NCBI GenBank assembly: GCA_040755455.1
Contig: JBFMAY010000027.1
Coordinates: 1-53,333 of the forward strand
From: Thermodesulfobacteriota bacterium
GTDB lineage: Bacteria; Desulfobacterota; Desulfobulbia; Desulfobulbales; SURF-16
DNA length: 53,333 bases
Direction of reading: 5' to 3'
Below are positions 27,788 through 38,133 of the stretch, one piece after another. The notes below the pieces were generated by a model. That model saw only the letters and a list, made by a program, of their open reading frames with translations. It made no database searches and was not told the origin of the DNA. Each line of letters starts with the position of its first letter. The first letter of the stretch is position 1. The position numbers and the translations under genes were made by a program.

Positions 27788-28720
27788 ATGGCTGGATTGA
27801 ACGCAATCCTTGCAAGAATTTATTCGCCTCCCGGGCCGCTGGGTGGCGATGTGGCCGGCACTTCCCGGCCCGTGCCGCAGCAGGATGCAGCCGCCGGAGA
27901 AAAGGACCTGTTGCTGCTTGGCCGGCATTGGCAAAACCGGGCGGCCGGGGAAAAAGGATCTCTTGCCGGGGCAGGCTGCCGCTGCGGCAGCTGCGCCGCC
28001 TGCGCCGCCAGGGCGTACGGCAGCCAGGAAAAGGTGCAGACTTCGGGCGCCGCCGCAGGCATGCAGGCAGAGGGCAGTGAGGTTGCAGGTGCGGGACCGC
28101 AATCAGCTGCCGGCGATCAGGAGCAGGCGGCGGATAATACGCCGGCTGCCACGAGCCCAGGCCGTTCTCAGGTCAAAGGCCCTGATGGCGAGCCGCTGAA
28201 TCTGGCTGAAGTGGCCCAGCTCGCTGAACTGAAAAAGGCGGATACGGCGGTGCGGGCCCATGAGCAGGCCCACCTTGCCGCGGCAGGAGGGTTGGCCAAG
28301 GGAGGGGCTTCCTTTGCCTATCAGCGGGGCCCTGATGGCCGTAACTATGCGGTGGCGGGCGAGGTGCAGATCGATACCTCAAAGGGGGCAACGCCTGAGG
28401 AAACCGTGGCCAAGATGATGCGGGTCAGGGCCGCGGCCTTGGCCCCGGCCAATCCCTCGCCGCAGGACAGGAAAGTTGCCCAGGCGGCTGCCGTGACCAT
28501 GTCAGAGGCCAGGCTGGAGCTCAATACGGAGGAGCTGCGGCCGGAAGAGCGGCAGGAGGCAACTGCAGAAGGAGCGGCGGCTGAAAATGTGGAAGGCGAG
28601 GCGGCAAGCACCACTTCCGCCACCACGGCCGACAGGCGCAATTCCGCGCATGCAGCCCGCGCCGTCTCTCTGTATCAGTCCACTGCCAAAGGGCAGGGCG
28701 ATTTTCATCTGGCCGTTTAG
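27788..28720 (+). CDS. SprA-related / CJM1_0395-family putative metalloprotease
   Basis: VRAHEQAH, YQRGPDGRNYAVAGEVQID, AALAPANPSPQDRKVA; N-terminal CRCGSC. Confidence 0.88.
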   Translation: MAGLNAILARIYSPPGPLGGDVAGTSRPVPQQDAAAGEKDLLLLGRHWQNRAAGEKGSLAGAGCRCGSCAACAARAYGSQEKVQTSGAAAGMQAEGSEVAGAGPQSAAGDQEQAADNTPAATSPGRSQVKGPDGEPLNLAEVAQLAELKKADTAVRAHEQAHLAAAGGLAKGGASFAYQRGPDGRNYAVAGEVQIDTSKGATPEETVAKMMRVRAAALAPANPSPQDRKVAQAAAVTMSEARLELNTEELRPEERQEATAEGAAAENVEGEAASTTSATTADRRNSAHAARAVSLYQSTAKGQGDFHLAV

Positions 28721-28791
28721 CATGGCAGGCTGCGCGCCGCGTGGAAAAAGGAGTTGCCCCTGAAAAAAATTCAGGGCCAGCACAGGCTGCA

Positions 28792-28998
28792 TCAGAGGCT
28801 GCCGCACATCGTTTTGTAATTGTCGCATTCCCGGCGGTTGATAAATGGGCAGGGTTCTTTCTGGAACCACTGGCATTTCGGGCACCAGTAACGGTCTTTG
28901 AAGGGTTCGTTGCAGCCGTTGCGTGAAATCAGCAGCCGCTGTTTTTTGCCGCTGCTGACCATATTGTTCTTTACTGAAAATCTCCAGATGTCAGCCAT
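28792..28998 (-). CDS. Small Cys-rich hypothetical protein (68 aa)
   Basis: GGGAGG RBS, six Cys including CPKC, upstream sigma28-like promoter. Confidence 0.6.
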   Translation of the reverse strand: MADIWRFSVKNNMVSSGKKQRLLISRNGCNEPFKDRYWCPKCQWFQKEPCPFINRRECDNYKTMCGSL

Positions 28999-29035
28999 AA
29001 TCTTCCCTCCCTGGAAAATCTTGGTCTTACTTATC

Positions 29036-29063
29036 TCATCGGCATCGTGTCAGAATAGATTAA
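29036..29063 (-). promoter_or_regulatory. Candidate sigma28 promoter for the small Cys-rich gene
   Basis: Minus strand TTAA-16 nt-GCCGATGA. Confidence 0.45.
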
Positions 29064-29159
29064 CGGTTAGTTGACTATCTTTTGGCGCTGTGGTAGTAGG
29101 AGGGTTTGTTCAATTTTTAATCTCTTTTTTTCCCCCGTTCGGGGCAGAGGAACAGATAG

Positions 29160-30464
29160 ATGCGTACGGACATAGTGCATATCGGTGCAGGCGAGCTGAC
29201 CTACGAGATTCGAAATATTGTCAGTGTCGGCGAGAAATTACAGGAACTGGGCATTAAGACTTACTGGGAAAATATTGGTGATCCTGTGGCCAAGGGGGAG
29301 AAGATCCCCGCATGGATGAAGGAGATTGTGGCGGAACTGGTCATGGAAGACGCCACCTATGGTTATTCTCCCACCAGGGGCATGCTGGAAACCAGGCAGT
29401 TTATCGCCGAGCGGCGCAACAAGCGGGGCGGAGCCCAGATCAGCGCCAATGACATTCTTTTCTTCAATGGCCTGGGCGACGCCATCACCAAAGTTTTCGG
29501 CTTCCTGCGCTCAACTGCCCGGGTGGTGGTGCCAACCCCGAGTTACACAACCCACTCATCCGCGGAGGCGGCCCATGCCAGCGACCGGCCGGTCACCTAT
29601 ATCCTTGATCCGGAAAACAACTGGTACCCCGATCTTGACGATCTGGAAAAGAGGATCAAATATAATCCGGCGGTTGCCGGGATTCTCATTATCAACCCGG
29701 ATAACCCCACCGGTGCTGTCTACCCGGAAGCCATCCTGCGCGGCATGATTGAACTGGCCCGCCGCTATGACCTTTTCGTCATTTGCGACGAGGTGTACCA
29801 TAATATCGTTTATAACGGCAAAAGGACCGTGCCGATTTCCGATATCGTCGGCGGTGTGCCGGCCATTGCCATGCGGGGTATTTCCAAGGAGATGCCGTGG
29901 CCCGGTTCGCGCTGCGGCTGGATTGAGGTGTATAACGGCCACCACGACCCGATGTTTGAAAAATACGTGCAGTCGATTCTCAATTCAAAGATGGTCGAGG
30001 TCTGCTCGACGACGTTGCCGCAGCGGGCCTATCCCCGCATCGTCAGCCATCCGGAGTATGGAAACTACCTGGCTGAACGGGTGGAACGGTATGAGAAATA
30101 CTCCAACATTGCCTATGAGGCCCTGAAGGATATCGATGGGGTCATCGTCAATCGCACCAACGGCGCCTTTTATATGAGCGTGGCCTTCCAGGAAGGCGCT
30201 CTGACTCACAGGCAGACCCTGGAGATTGACAACAGCCAGGTGCGCGCCGAAATTGAACGGCTGGTCAGCCCGGCCAATGTGTCCCTGGACAAGCGGTTTG
30301 TCTATTATCTGCTTGGCGCCACCGGCATATGCGTGGTGCCGCTCTCCTCATTTGCCACGCCGATGCAGGGTTTCAGGATCACGCTGCTGGAAAGGGACGA
30401 GGCCACCTTCCGCATGATTTTTGAGACCATTGGGGAAAATATCAAAAAATATCTCGCCTCTTAG
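29160..30464 (+). CDS. PLP-dependent class I/II aminotransferase (AlaA-like)
   Basis: NIGDP, INPDNPTG, DEVY, GISK...PGSRCGW. Confidence 0.92.
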   Translation: MRTDIVHIGAGELTYEIRNIVSVGEKLQELGIKTYWENIGDPVAKGEKIPAWMKEIVAELVMEDATYGYSPTRGMLETRQFIAERRNKRGGAQISANDILFFNGLGDAITKVFGFLRSTARVVVPTPSYTTHSSAEAAHASDRPVTYILDPENNWYPDLDDLEKRIKYNPAVAGILIINPDNPTGAVYPEAILRGMIELARRYDLFVICDEVYHNIVYNGKRTVPISDIVGGVPAIAMRGISKEMPWPGSRCGWIEVYNGHHDPMFEKYVQSILNSKMVEVCSTTLPQRAYPRIVSHPEYGNYLAERVERYEKYSNIAYEALKDIDGVIVNRTNGAFYMSVAFQEGALTHRQTLEIDNSQVRAEIERLVSPANVSLDKRFVYYLLGATGICVVPLSSFATPMQGFRITLLERDEATFRMIFETIGENIKKYLAS

Positions 30465-31246
30465 TTTCTTTTCAGGCCCGCAGCTGCCGGCCGGCCGATA
30501 TTGGTCAGCAGCTTCGGGTCAACCATCCGCAACAAATCATTTTTTTTAAGTTTTTCACCGTCCGTCTCGCCGTTGATGTTGATGATGATCAGCTGATTGG
30601 CGCCTTTGCCATAGTAATTGGCGATGTCAAGCACACTCCCCACCACAACCAGCCGGCTCCGGTTGATTCTCTCCCGGTAGCGCTCGATTGCCTGCTGCAC
30701 CTGGTAGTCAACGTTCTGTTCCACCAGTTTCAGTTCCTGTTCCCTGTCCTGTTTTTTGGCATTTTTGCCTGGATGGCCCAGCGGCGAATTGAGATGGTCA
30801 AGCTCCCGGCGAATGATCTGGTCAAGGTCAGCATGGCCGCCGTTGAAAAGGCGGATGGCTTCGTTGTCGGTATTGCCGGTGATGAGTAGAATGGGGCTGT
30901 GCAGATAGAGGATGCCGTAATCAATTGCGCCGAGTGATGTGTCAAGCTGATTGGCCAGATTGCGCACGGTGTAAATCTTTCCGGCGGGCTGGGAGAGAAT
31001 GAACTCCGGCTGCACCCTGGCGTCCGTATCGGCCAGCCAGGTGATGTGTGGTGCGGCGGAACTGCTTGGCGGGATCGCCCCTACCCGTTTCAGCTGGCTG
31101 CCGGTGGCAAGAATTTCTCTGAGGACATCAAACGGCGGGATTCCCGCCCGGTTTTTCAGCACCGGCCGCATGTCGGCGTGGCCCGCCAGATTGCAGAAGA
31201 AGACGGTTAGGAGAAGAAAGAAAATGAATTTTTTTTTGTGCCGCAT
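30461..31246 (-). CDS. Exported beta-carbonic anhydrase-like protein with degenerate zinc site
   Basis: ADTDARVQPE, YTVRNLAN, GAIDYG, ITGNTDNEAI, NVDYQV align to the beta-CA motifs; N-terminal signal peptide. Confidence 0.75.
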   Translation of the reverse strand: MRHKKKFIFFLLLTVFFCNLAGHADMRPVLKNRAGIPPFDVLREILATGSQLKRVGAIPPSSSAAPHITWLADTDARVQPEFILSQPAGKIYTVRNLANQLDTSLGAIDYGILYLHSPILLITGNTDNEAIRLFNGGHADLDQIIRRELDHLNSPLGHPGKNAKKQDREQELKLVEQNVDYQVQQAIERYRERINRSRLVVVGSVLDIANYYGKGANQLIIININGETDGEKLKKNDLLRMVDPKLLTNIGRPAAAGLKRN

Positions 31247-31389
31247 GATGCAACATCCTGCCGGTATCGACAATAAAGAGGAACAAAGAGTATTCTGCTC
31301 ATCAGACTAGCAGATTATTTCGCGGGAAATCAAGGAGTAGTGCGGGTGGCCGGTAAATAATCAGGAAAGTCAACTATATTCCCGGTTTA

Positions 31390-31419
31390 CTTGACAATGA
31401 AAAAGAGCATACTTATTAT
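31390..31419 (+). promoter_or_regulatory. Promoter upstream of grpE-dnaK (heat-shock candidate)
   Basis: CTTGACA-13 nt-TACTTA, same as upstream of clpB; also reads TTGACA-17 nt-TATTAT. Confidence 0.6.
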
Positions 31420-31585
31420 TCCACAAAACGAAGGCGCCCTGCCAGAAGCCATGGGCTCTTGGCCGGGGAGTGATCTCGTTTGCCTGGTATAAATTTCTAT
31501 TTGCTATATTTATTGTCAACTTGGCCGACTCCTGAGGATTTTTTCCGGGATGAGGCATGTTTTCGGGATAGGAAAGGAGGAGCTG

Positions 31586-32152
31586 GTGGCAGAAAAAGAG
31601 GAAGTCGTCGACAGGGCTCTTGATCAGGATGAGCAGGATTTGGAGAAAGTCGAGGTTGCGGCGGAAGAGGTTGCAGAAAAAACTGATACCACGGAAATTG
31701 ATGAGCTGGCGCAGGCCCGATTGGCAGCGGCCGAAACAGCAGATAGACTGTTAAGGCTGGCCGCGGAGTTTGAAAATTATAAAAAGCGGATGGAGCGTGA
31801 TCGAGCCCTGGCCTTGAAATATGCCGAAGAGCAGGTTTTCAAGGAGCTGCTGCCGTGCATTGATAACCTGGAGCGGGCCATTGAGCAAGGCCGCAAAACA
31901 GGCAATGCGGGTGATCTGCTGGCCGGGGTGGAGCTGACGCACAAGGGGTTGATGAGTGCCCTGGAAAAATTTGAGCTGGTTCCCATGCAGAGCATCGGCT
32001 CCCCCTTTGATCCGAATATCCATGAGGCCCTGGCCATGGAGGTGAGTAGTGAGGTGGATGCCAACTGCGTCCTGCGGGAATTTGAGAAGGGATATAGGTA
32101 TAAAGACAGGTTAATCCGTCCGGCAAAGGTTGTCGTGGCGAAAAAGAACTAA
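31586..32152 (+). CDS. grpE: Nucleotide exchange factor GrpE
   Basis: AEFENYKKR, DNLERA, FDPNIHEA, GYRYKDRLIRPAKVVV; GTG start after AGGAGG. Confidence 0.96.
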   Translation: MAEKEEVVDRALDQDEQDLEKVEVAAEEVAEKTDTTEIDELAQARLAAAETADRLLRLAAEFENYKKRMERDRALALKYAEEQVFKELLPCIDNLERAIEQGRKTGNAGDLLAGVELTHKGLMSALEKFELVPMQSIGSPFDPNIHEALAMEVSSEVDANCVLREFEKGYRYKDRLIRPAKVVVAKKN

Positions 32153-32200
32153 ACAGCAGGCGATCGCCGGTGTTGAAAAATAGATTTTTGGAGATTGATC

Positions 32201-34135
32201 ATGGGTAAAATTATAGGAATTGACTTGGGGACAACTAACTCATGCGTGGCCGTCATGGAAGGCGGTGAGCCGAAGGTGCTGACCAACGCGGAAGGAAACA
32301 GAACAACGCCGTCAGTGGTTGCCTTTTCAGACAGCGGCGAACGGCTGGTGGGCCAGGTGGCCAGGCGGCAGGCGGTTACCAATCCGATCAGAACCATCTT
32401 TGCCATGAAACGGTTGATCGGCCGGAAGTTCAGTGACCCCGAAGTGAAGAAGTCCATCGAGATCAGTCCGTTCAGGATAACGGAAGGCAGGGACGGCGGC
32501 CCGGTTGTTGAAGTGGACGGCAAGAAATATACCCCGGCGGAACTTTCCGCCATGGTTCTGGGTAAAATGAAGCAGACCGCCGAGGAGTACCTGGGCGAGG
32601 AGGTAACGGATGCGGTCATCACCGTACCGGCCTATTTCAATGACAGCCAGCGGCAGGCCACCAAGGATGCCGGCCGCATCGCCGGTCTCAATGTGCAGCG
32701 GATCATCAATGAGCCAACTGCCGCCTCCCTGGCCTACGGCCTTGATAAAAAGGGGGAAGAGACCATCGCGGTATACGACCTTGGCGGCGGCACCTTTGAT
32801 ATCTCCATTCTGGAAATCGGCGACGGCGTTTTCGAGGTCAAATCCACCAACGGCGATACCTTCCTGGGTGGTGAAGATTTTGACATGCGTATTGTCAACT
32901 GGCTGGCCGATGAGTTCAAGCGAGACCAGGGTATTGACCTGCGGGTCGATAAAATGGCCCTGCAGCGTTTGAAGGAGGAGGCGGAAAAGGCCAAAAAGGA
33001 GCTTTCCTCCACCATGGAAACGGAAATTAATCTGCCCTTCATCACCGCCGACGCCACCGGTCCGAAACATCTCAATGTCAAGCTGAGCCGCGCCAAGCTG
33101 GAATCCCTGGTGGGCGACCTGATTGACCGGACGGTTGGGCCGTGCAAGACCGCGCTGAAAGATGCGGGACTGTCTCTGGCCGACATTGATGAGGTTATCC
33201 TGGTCGGCGGCATGACCAGGATGCCCAAGGTGCAGCAGAAGGTCAAGGAGATCTTCGGCAAGGACCCGCATAAGGGCGTGAATCCGGACGAGGTGGTGGC
33301 CGTCGGCGCCGCCATCCAGGGCGGGGTGCTCAAGGGCGATGTGAAGGACGTACTGCTGCTTGATGTAACCCCTCTTTCCCTGGGTATTGAAACCCTGGGC
33401 GGGGTTACCACCAGGCTGATCGAGAAAAATACCACGGTGCCCACCAAGAAGAGTCAGGTTTTCTCCACTGCCGCTGACAACCAGCCGGCGGTGTCGATCC
33501 ATGTTCTGCAGGGCGAGCGGGAAATGGCCGGCGACAACAAGAGCATCGGCCGTTTCGAGCTGACGGATATTCCGCCCGCCCCCCGCGGGGTGCCGCAGAT
33601 CGAGGTCACCTTTGATCTTGACGCCAACGGTATCCTGCACGTATCGGCCAAGGATCTGGGGACCGGCAAGCAGCAGTCCATCAGGATCACGGCATCCAGC
33701 GGTCTTTCCGAACAGGAAATCGAGAAGATGAAGCGTGACGCGGAGGCCCATGCCGAGGAGGACAAGAAGCGCAAGGCCCTGGTTGAGGCGAAGAATAACG
33801 CTGATTCAATGGTTTATGCCACGGAGAAGAGCCTGAAAGAGGTTGGCGACAAGGTGGATGCCGAAACAAAAGGCAAGGTTGAGAGTGCCATTGCCAAGGT
33901 GAAGAAGGCCCTTGAAGGCAATGACACCGATACCATCAAGTCAGCCACTGAAGAGTTGACCCAGGCCTCGCACAAGCTTGCCGAGATCATGTACTCACAG
34001 GCCTCCAAGGCCCATCCCGGCGGTGATGCGGGTGGTGCGGCGGGCGGCGGTGCCGCCGGGGCTGGGGCTGGAGCCGGCGCCAAAAAGAAAGACGATGATG
34101 ATGTGGTTGACGCCGATTTTGAAGAGGTGAAATAA
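32201..34135 (+). CDS. dnaK: Chaperone DnaK
   Basis: [41 protein letters not shown]. Confidence 0.99.
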   Translation: MGKIIGIDLGTTNSCVAVMEGGEPKVLTNAEGNRTTPSVVAFSDSGERLVGQVARRQAVTNPIRTIFAMKRLIGRKFSDPEVKKSIEISPFRITEGRDGGPVVEVDGKKYTPAELSAMVLGKMKQTAEEYLGEEVTDAVITVPAYFNDSQRQATKDAGRIAGLNVQRIINEPTAASLAYGLDKKGEETIAVYDLGGGTFDISILEIGDGVFEVKSTNGDTFLGGEDFDMRIVNWLADEFKRDQGIDLRVDKMALQRLKEEAEKAKKELSSTMETEINLPFITADATGPKHLNVKLSRAKLESLVGDLIDRTVGPCKTALKDAGLSLADIDEVILVGGMTRMPKVQQKVKEIFGKDPHKGVNPDEVVAVGAAIQGGVLKGDVKDVLLLDVTPLSLGIETLGGVTTRLIEKNTTVPTKKSQVFSTAADNQPAVSIHVLQGEREMAGDNKSIGRFELTDIPPAPRGVPQIEVTFDLDANGILHVSAKDLGTGKQQSIRITASSGLSEQEIEKMKRDAEAHAEEDKKRKALVEAKNNADSMVYATEKSLKEVGDKVDAETKGKVESAIAKVKKALEGNDTDTIKSATEELTQASHKLAEIMYSQASKAHPGGDAGGAAGGGAAGAGAGAGAKKKDDDDVVDADFEEVK

Positions 34136-34166
34136 CCTCTGACCGAGCCGGCAGGCACAGCATGTG

Positions 34167-34196
34167 AAAAAGGGAGCGGGTTTGCTCCCTTTTTTT
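34167..34196 (+). terminator. Intrinsic terminator after dnaK
   Basis: AAAAAGGGAGC-GGGTTT-GCTCCCTTTTTTT. Confidence 0.85.
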
Positions 34197-34280
34197 ATTG
34201 TCCTTCTCCAATATGATGGGTATAAACAGGGGTCACTGTTGCGGCCCTTATGTTAACTGTTAATTATAGATAATCAGACC

Positions 34281-35246
34281 ATGAAAATTCTCTCAGGTAT
34301 CCAGCCCTCTGGCAAACTTCACATAGGCAATTATTTCGGCATGATGCGCCCAATGATTAACAATATGGACCGGGGCGAGCTCTATGCCTTTATCGTCAAC
34401 CTGCATGCCTTGACCTCGGTCAGCGACAGCAAGGCCCTGGCGCAGGACACCCTGGAGGCGGCGGCTGATTTCCTCGCCCTGGGGCTTGATCCGGACAGAT
34501 GCATTTTCTGGGTGCAGTCGGATGTGCCGGAGGTTACCGAGCTGACCTGGATTCTGTCAACGCTGACGCCCATTGGTCTGCTGGAGCGCTGCCATTCCTA
34601 TAAGGACAAGGTGGCCAAGGGTATTGCCGCAAGCCACGGGCTGTTTTCCTACCCGGTGCTCATGGCGGCGGACATCCTGCTGTATCAGGCTGATCTGGTG
34701 CCGGTGGGCAAGGATCAGAAGCAGCATCTCGAGGTAGCCCGGGACATTGCCATCAAATTCAATAATCACTACGGCGAGACCTTTGTGGTGCCCGAGGCGG
34801 CCATTGAGGATGATGTGGCAACGGTGCCGGGACTTGACGGGCAGAAAATGTCTAAATCCTACGGCAATACCATCGGCATCTTTCTGGATGCCAAGGCCTT
34901 GAAAAAAAGAGTCATGGCCATTGTCACCGATGCCGCGCCGGTGGAAGCGCCGAAAGACCCGGACAAGTGCAACCTGTATAACATTTTCAAGCTCTTTGCC
35001 CCGGCAGACCGGCTGCAGGAGGTGCATGATCTGTATGTGAACGGCGGCGCCGCCTATGGCTATCTGAAGCTCGAACTTGTTGATCTGCTCTGGGAATATT
35101 TCCGGCCGGCCCGGGAGAAACGGGAAAGGTTATCCGCTGATTCCGGCTATCTGCGCGAGATTCTGGCCAGGGGCGCCGGCAAGGCCAGGGAAAAGGCCAC
35201 GGGGACCCTTGAACTGGTCCGGGACAAAGTAGGCCTGAAATATTAA
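34281..35246 (+). CDS. trpS: Tryptophan--tRNA ligase
   Basis: SGIQPSG, HIGN, YPVLMAADIL, VGKDQKQH, KMSKS. Confidence 0.98.
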   Translation: MKILSGIQPSGKLHIGNYFGMMRPMINNMDRGELYAFIVNLHALTSVSDSKALAQDTLEAAADFLALGLDPDRCIFWVQSDVPEVTELTWILSTLTPIGLLERCHSYKDKVAKGIAASHGLFSYPVLMAADILLYQADLVPVGKDQKQHLEVARDIAIKFNNHYGETFVVPEAAIEDDVATVPGLDGQKMSKSYGNTIGIFLDAKALKKRVMAIVTDAAPVEAPKDPDKCNLYNIFKLFAPADRLQEVHDLYVNGGAAYGYLKLELVDLLWEYFRPAREKRERLSADSGYLREILARGAGKAREKATGTLELVRDKVGLKY

Positions 35247-35256
35247 TTCCTCAGTC

Positions 35257-35293
35257 TGCCGCTCCCGCGTCTCTGCCGGGAGCGGCATGTTTT
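35257..35293 (+). terminator. Hairpin/terminator after trpS
   Basis: TGCCGCTCCCG...CGGGAGCGGCA followed by TGTTTT. Confidence 0.65.
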
Positions 35294-35363
35294 CCTTCCC
35301 CCCTCCCCCCTTTCTACTGTCAGATAGTAGGTGTTGTAACCTGCTTATTTCTATGCGAATATT

Positions 35364-35390
35364 TTAAGTATCGGCAGAAAGTGCCGATAA
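35364..35390 (+). promoter_or_regulatory. Candidate sigma28 promoter upstream of the diguanylate cyclase
   Basis: TTAA-15 nt-GCCGATAA. Confidence 0.55.
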
Positions 35391-35573
35391 ATATGTTAGA
35401 AAAATGACATGTTGCCGGTCATTTTCGCCTGTTTGTCTTCATCGAGTCGGCAGGCAGTAGGCAAAATTTGCCGGGCCAGGTTGCGCGGGCAGCCGGGATT
35501 TTTTTAAAAAATATATTTAATAACGAATGGTTAGCGAACTGAAAGGCGGGATTGGCACTGAGATGCTTTTCTG

Positions 35574-35589
35574 TGGCATGGAAATAGCT
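35574..35589 (+). promoter_or_regulatory. Candidate sigma54 -24/-12 promoter upstream of the diguanylate cyclase
   Basis: TGGCATGGAAATAGCT, GG-N10-GC. Confidence 0.55.
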
Positions 35590-35636
35590 TTTGAGACTGA
35601 GCAAGGATTGTTTTCATTGAAAAAGGAGTCAGCTAC

Positions 35637-36653
35637 ATGAGTGAATCGGTCTCTTTCTCACAATCGGAAAATCTGGCGCAGAGCTTCTGTCAAATTGACA
35701 TGACGAGCCTCATGGCGGAACTTGATCAGTTCAAGAAGAAAACGGCGCAACTGTCTTTGCTTAATGAACTGCATGCCCGTCTTGCCGTGGCGGTTGATCT
35801 GCCGGGCATGATTGAGGCATTCTCGGTCTGGCTCATGCCACTGGTGGAACATGACCTGGTGGCCTATCATAATCAGGACAGAAAGCGGAATTATATGTAC
35901 AGTTCCTGCCATGGCCCGGCCCGTCAGCGGATATTTCAACTGGCGGAGAAGCTATTCGATTCCCAGCCGGAAAATGGTGAGCAGGGGTGGTATGAGGAAG
36001 ATTTTTATGTGCAGAACTGGCATCTGGGATCAATGGATTCCAGCGGGTTGGTGCTTGTCCTGCGGCAGAATAAGGGGATTGATGCCGAAGAGGCGGCCCT
36101 GATTAATCAGGGTCTTGAGGTCTTGCGGGAACCCCTGCAGCGGGCGCTCGATTATGAGGATCTCTTTGTCATCGCCCGGCGGGATGTCTTGACCGGGCTT
36201 GCCAACCGGCGCGTGTTTGAGGAATGCATCGGGCGGATGATGGATAACAGCAAGCGCCATCATCATCCGCTGACCATTGCCTGCATGGACCTGGACCGTT
36301 TCAAACAGGTCAACGACAATCTGGGCCATGCCGAAGGCGACCGCGTTTTAAAAAAGGTGGCGGACACCTTCAAAAGCATGGTGCGCAGCACGGATCTGCT
36401 GGTCCGCATGGGTGGTGATGAATTTTTTCTCGTCCTGCCGGAAACCGCTCTCGATTCCGCCAGGGTGCTGGCCGAAAGGCTGTGCCGGGCCATTGATGAT
36501 CTGGCGATCTATTCGGCGCCAAACCAGAAACTCGGGGTGAGCATCGGCCTGAGCCAATGGCAGCCGGGCATGACCATCGAGCAATGGCTGCAGAATACGG
36601 ATGAGCTGCTTTATCAGGCCAAGGGCAATGGCCGGAGTCAGGTCTGCCTGTGA
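35637..36653 (+). CDS. Diguanylate cyclase (GGDEF)
   Basis: DVLTGLANRR, DLDRFKQVND..GHAEGD, I-site RSTD, GGDEF. Confidence 0.93.
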   Translation: MSESVSFSQSENLAQSFCQIDMTSLMAELDQFKKKTAQLSLLNELHARLAVAVDLPGMIEAFSVWLMPLVEHDLVAYHNQDRKRNYMYSSCHGPARQRIFQLAEKLFDSQPENGEQGWYEEDFYVQNWHLGSMDSSGLVLVLRQNKGIDAEEAALINQGLEVLREPLQRALDYEDLFVIARRDVLTGLANRRVFEECIGRMMDNSKRHHHPLTIACMDLDRFKQVNDNLGHAEGDRVLKKVADTFKSMVRSTDLLVRMGGDEFFLVLPETALDSARVLAERLCRAIDDLAIYSAPNQKLGVSIGLSQWQPGMTIEQWLQNTDELLYQAKGNGRSQVCL

Positions 36654-36832
36654 TGCGCTAAAGAGATTTTTTTTACTCCATAGTGTCCCATATGATAAGG
36701 GGAAATGTTTTTCGTTGAAATTCGAGAACATTTCCCCTTATTGTTTTTATACAAGAAGCCAGAAGTGAGGAGCAGGGGCGGTTCGCAAACCGCCCTCAGC
36801 AGACGTGCGAAGGGTGAAAAGGGGGGGCGGGA

Positions 36833-38014
36833 ATGGAAAAGTGGCGCATCAGGCTGGTCAATAAAATCGATCGGGCCGGTCTTGGCCTGCTGGGAGAGGG
36901 GTATCAGGTTTCGGCGGACGAAAAGGACCCGCAGGGCATTATTGTCAGAAGCAGCAAAATAGATACGGACAAGTTCCCCTCCCTGCTGGCAGTGGCCAGG
37001 GCCGGGGCAGGTGTCAATAATATAACGGTTGAGCGGGCCACCCGGACAGGCATCTGCGTGTTCAACACCCCGGGGGCAAACGCCAACGCGGTGGCGGAAT
37101 TGGTTTTTGTCATGGCCGGCATCGGGGCCCGCAATATCCATCACGGCATTGCCTTTTGCCGCGGGCTTGCCTCGTTGACCGATGATGAGCTCAGCCGCGA
37201 GGTGGAGGGCAAGAAATCCGTTTTCCGCGGTTTTGAGCTGGCCGGCAAAACCCTTGGCGTTCTCGGGCTCGGCCAGATCGGCGTCAGGGTGGCCAATGGC
37301 GGGGCGCGGCGGGAGATGCGCACCATCGGTTTTGATCCTAATCCCACCCTGGGCAATATCCACATGCTCTCCGCCAGGGTCATGCTCGCCCGGTCGCTTT
37401 CCGAGGTGGTGGAGCATGCCCATATCCTCTCCCTGCACATGCCCTATAACGACAAGACCAAAGGCTTTGTCAACCGGGATCTGCTCGCCCGCATGCCGGA
37501 TGGCGCCATGCTGATCAACTATGCCCGGGGCGGCGTGGTTGTGGATGAGGACGTGCGGGCCGCACTCGATGCCGGCAAACTCGGCTGCTATATCACCGAT
37601 TTCCCCTCTACCGCCCTCATCGACCACCCCAGGGTGATCACCACCCCCCATCTCGGGGCAAGCACCGAGGAATCGGAAGAGCACTGCGCCACCATGGCGG
37701 TGCGGGAGCTGATGAGCTATCTTGAGCACGGCTCGGTCAGCCACAGCGTGAACTTTCCCAATGTTGAATCCATTCCCGGCGATACGACGCATACCCGGCT
37801 GATCATGATCAACCGGGACATCCCCGGCATGATCGGCTTTGCCTCGCAGACCATCGGTTCCCACGGCATCAATATCGCAAGTTACCTCAATGAGAGCAAC
37901 GGCGTGATCGGCTATAACATCATCGATCTGGAAGACTCTATTTCGGATGAGGTGCTCGGCATTATCGCCGGCCATCCGGACGTGATCCGCACCCGCAGGA
38001 TCTGTTACCGGTGA
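36833..38014 (+). CDS. serA: D-3-phosphoglycerate dehydrogenase family protein with ACT domain
   Basis: RAGAGVNNI, NTPGANANAVAE, GLGQIG, TPHLGASTEE, C-terminal ACT. Confidence 0.88.
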   Translation: MEKWRIRLVNKIDRAGLGLLGEGYQVSADEKDPQGIIVRSSKIDTDKFPSLLAVARAGAGVNNITVERATRTGICVFNTPGANANAVAELVFVMAGIGARNIHHGIAFCRGLASLTDDELSREVEGKKSVFRGFELAGKTLGVLGLGQIGVRVANGGARREMRTIGFDPNPTLGNIHMLSARVMLARSLSEVVEHAHILSLHMPYNDKTKGFVNRDLLARMPDGAMLINYARGGVVVDEDVRAALDAGKLGCYITDFPSTALIDHPRVITTPHLGASTEESEEHCATMAVRELMSYLEHGSVSHSVNFPNVESIPGDTTHTRLIMINRDIPGMIGFASQTIGSHGINIASYLNESNGVIGYNIIDLEDSISDEVLGIIAGHPDVIRTRRICYR

Positions 38015-38133
38015 TGGTTTACGGCCTTGGCAATACGCTGAGGACCGTCGTGCTTGAGCCGGAACGACAAAACATACCTGGCAAGGATACCCGAAAATCC
38101 ATCTCCTTCATTATATATGAGGAAACCACGAGC

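Noticed and set aside
32327..33751. Long antisense ORFs opposite dnaK, and likewise opposite serA, clpB, feoB and ettA
   Set aside because: Stop-free antisense frames are common opposite conserved, codon-biased genes; no RBS or domain evidence
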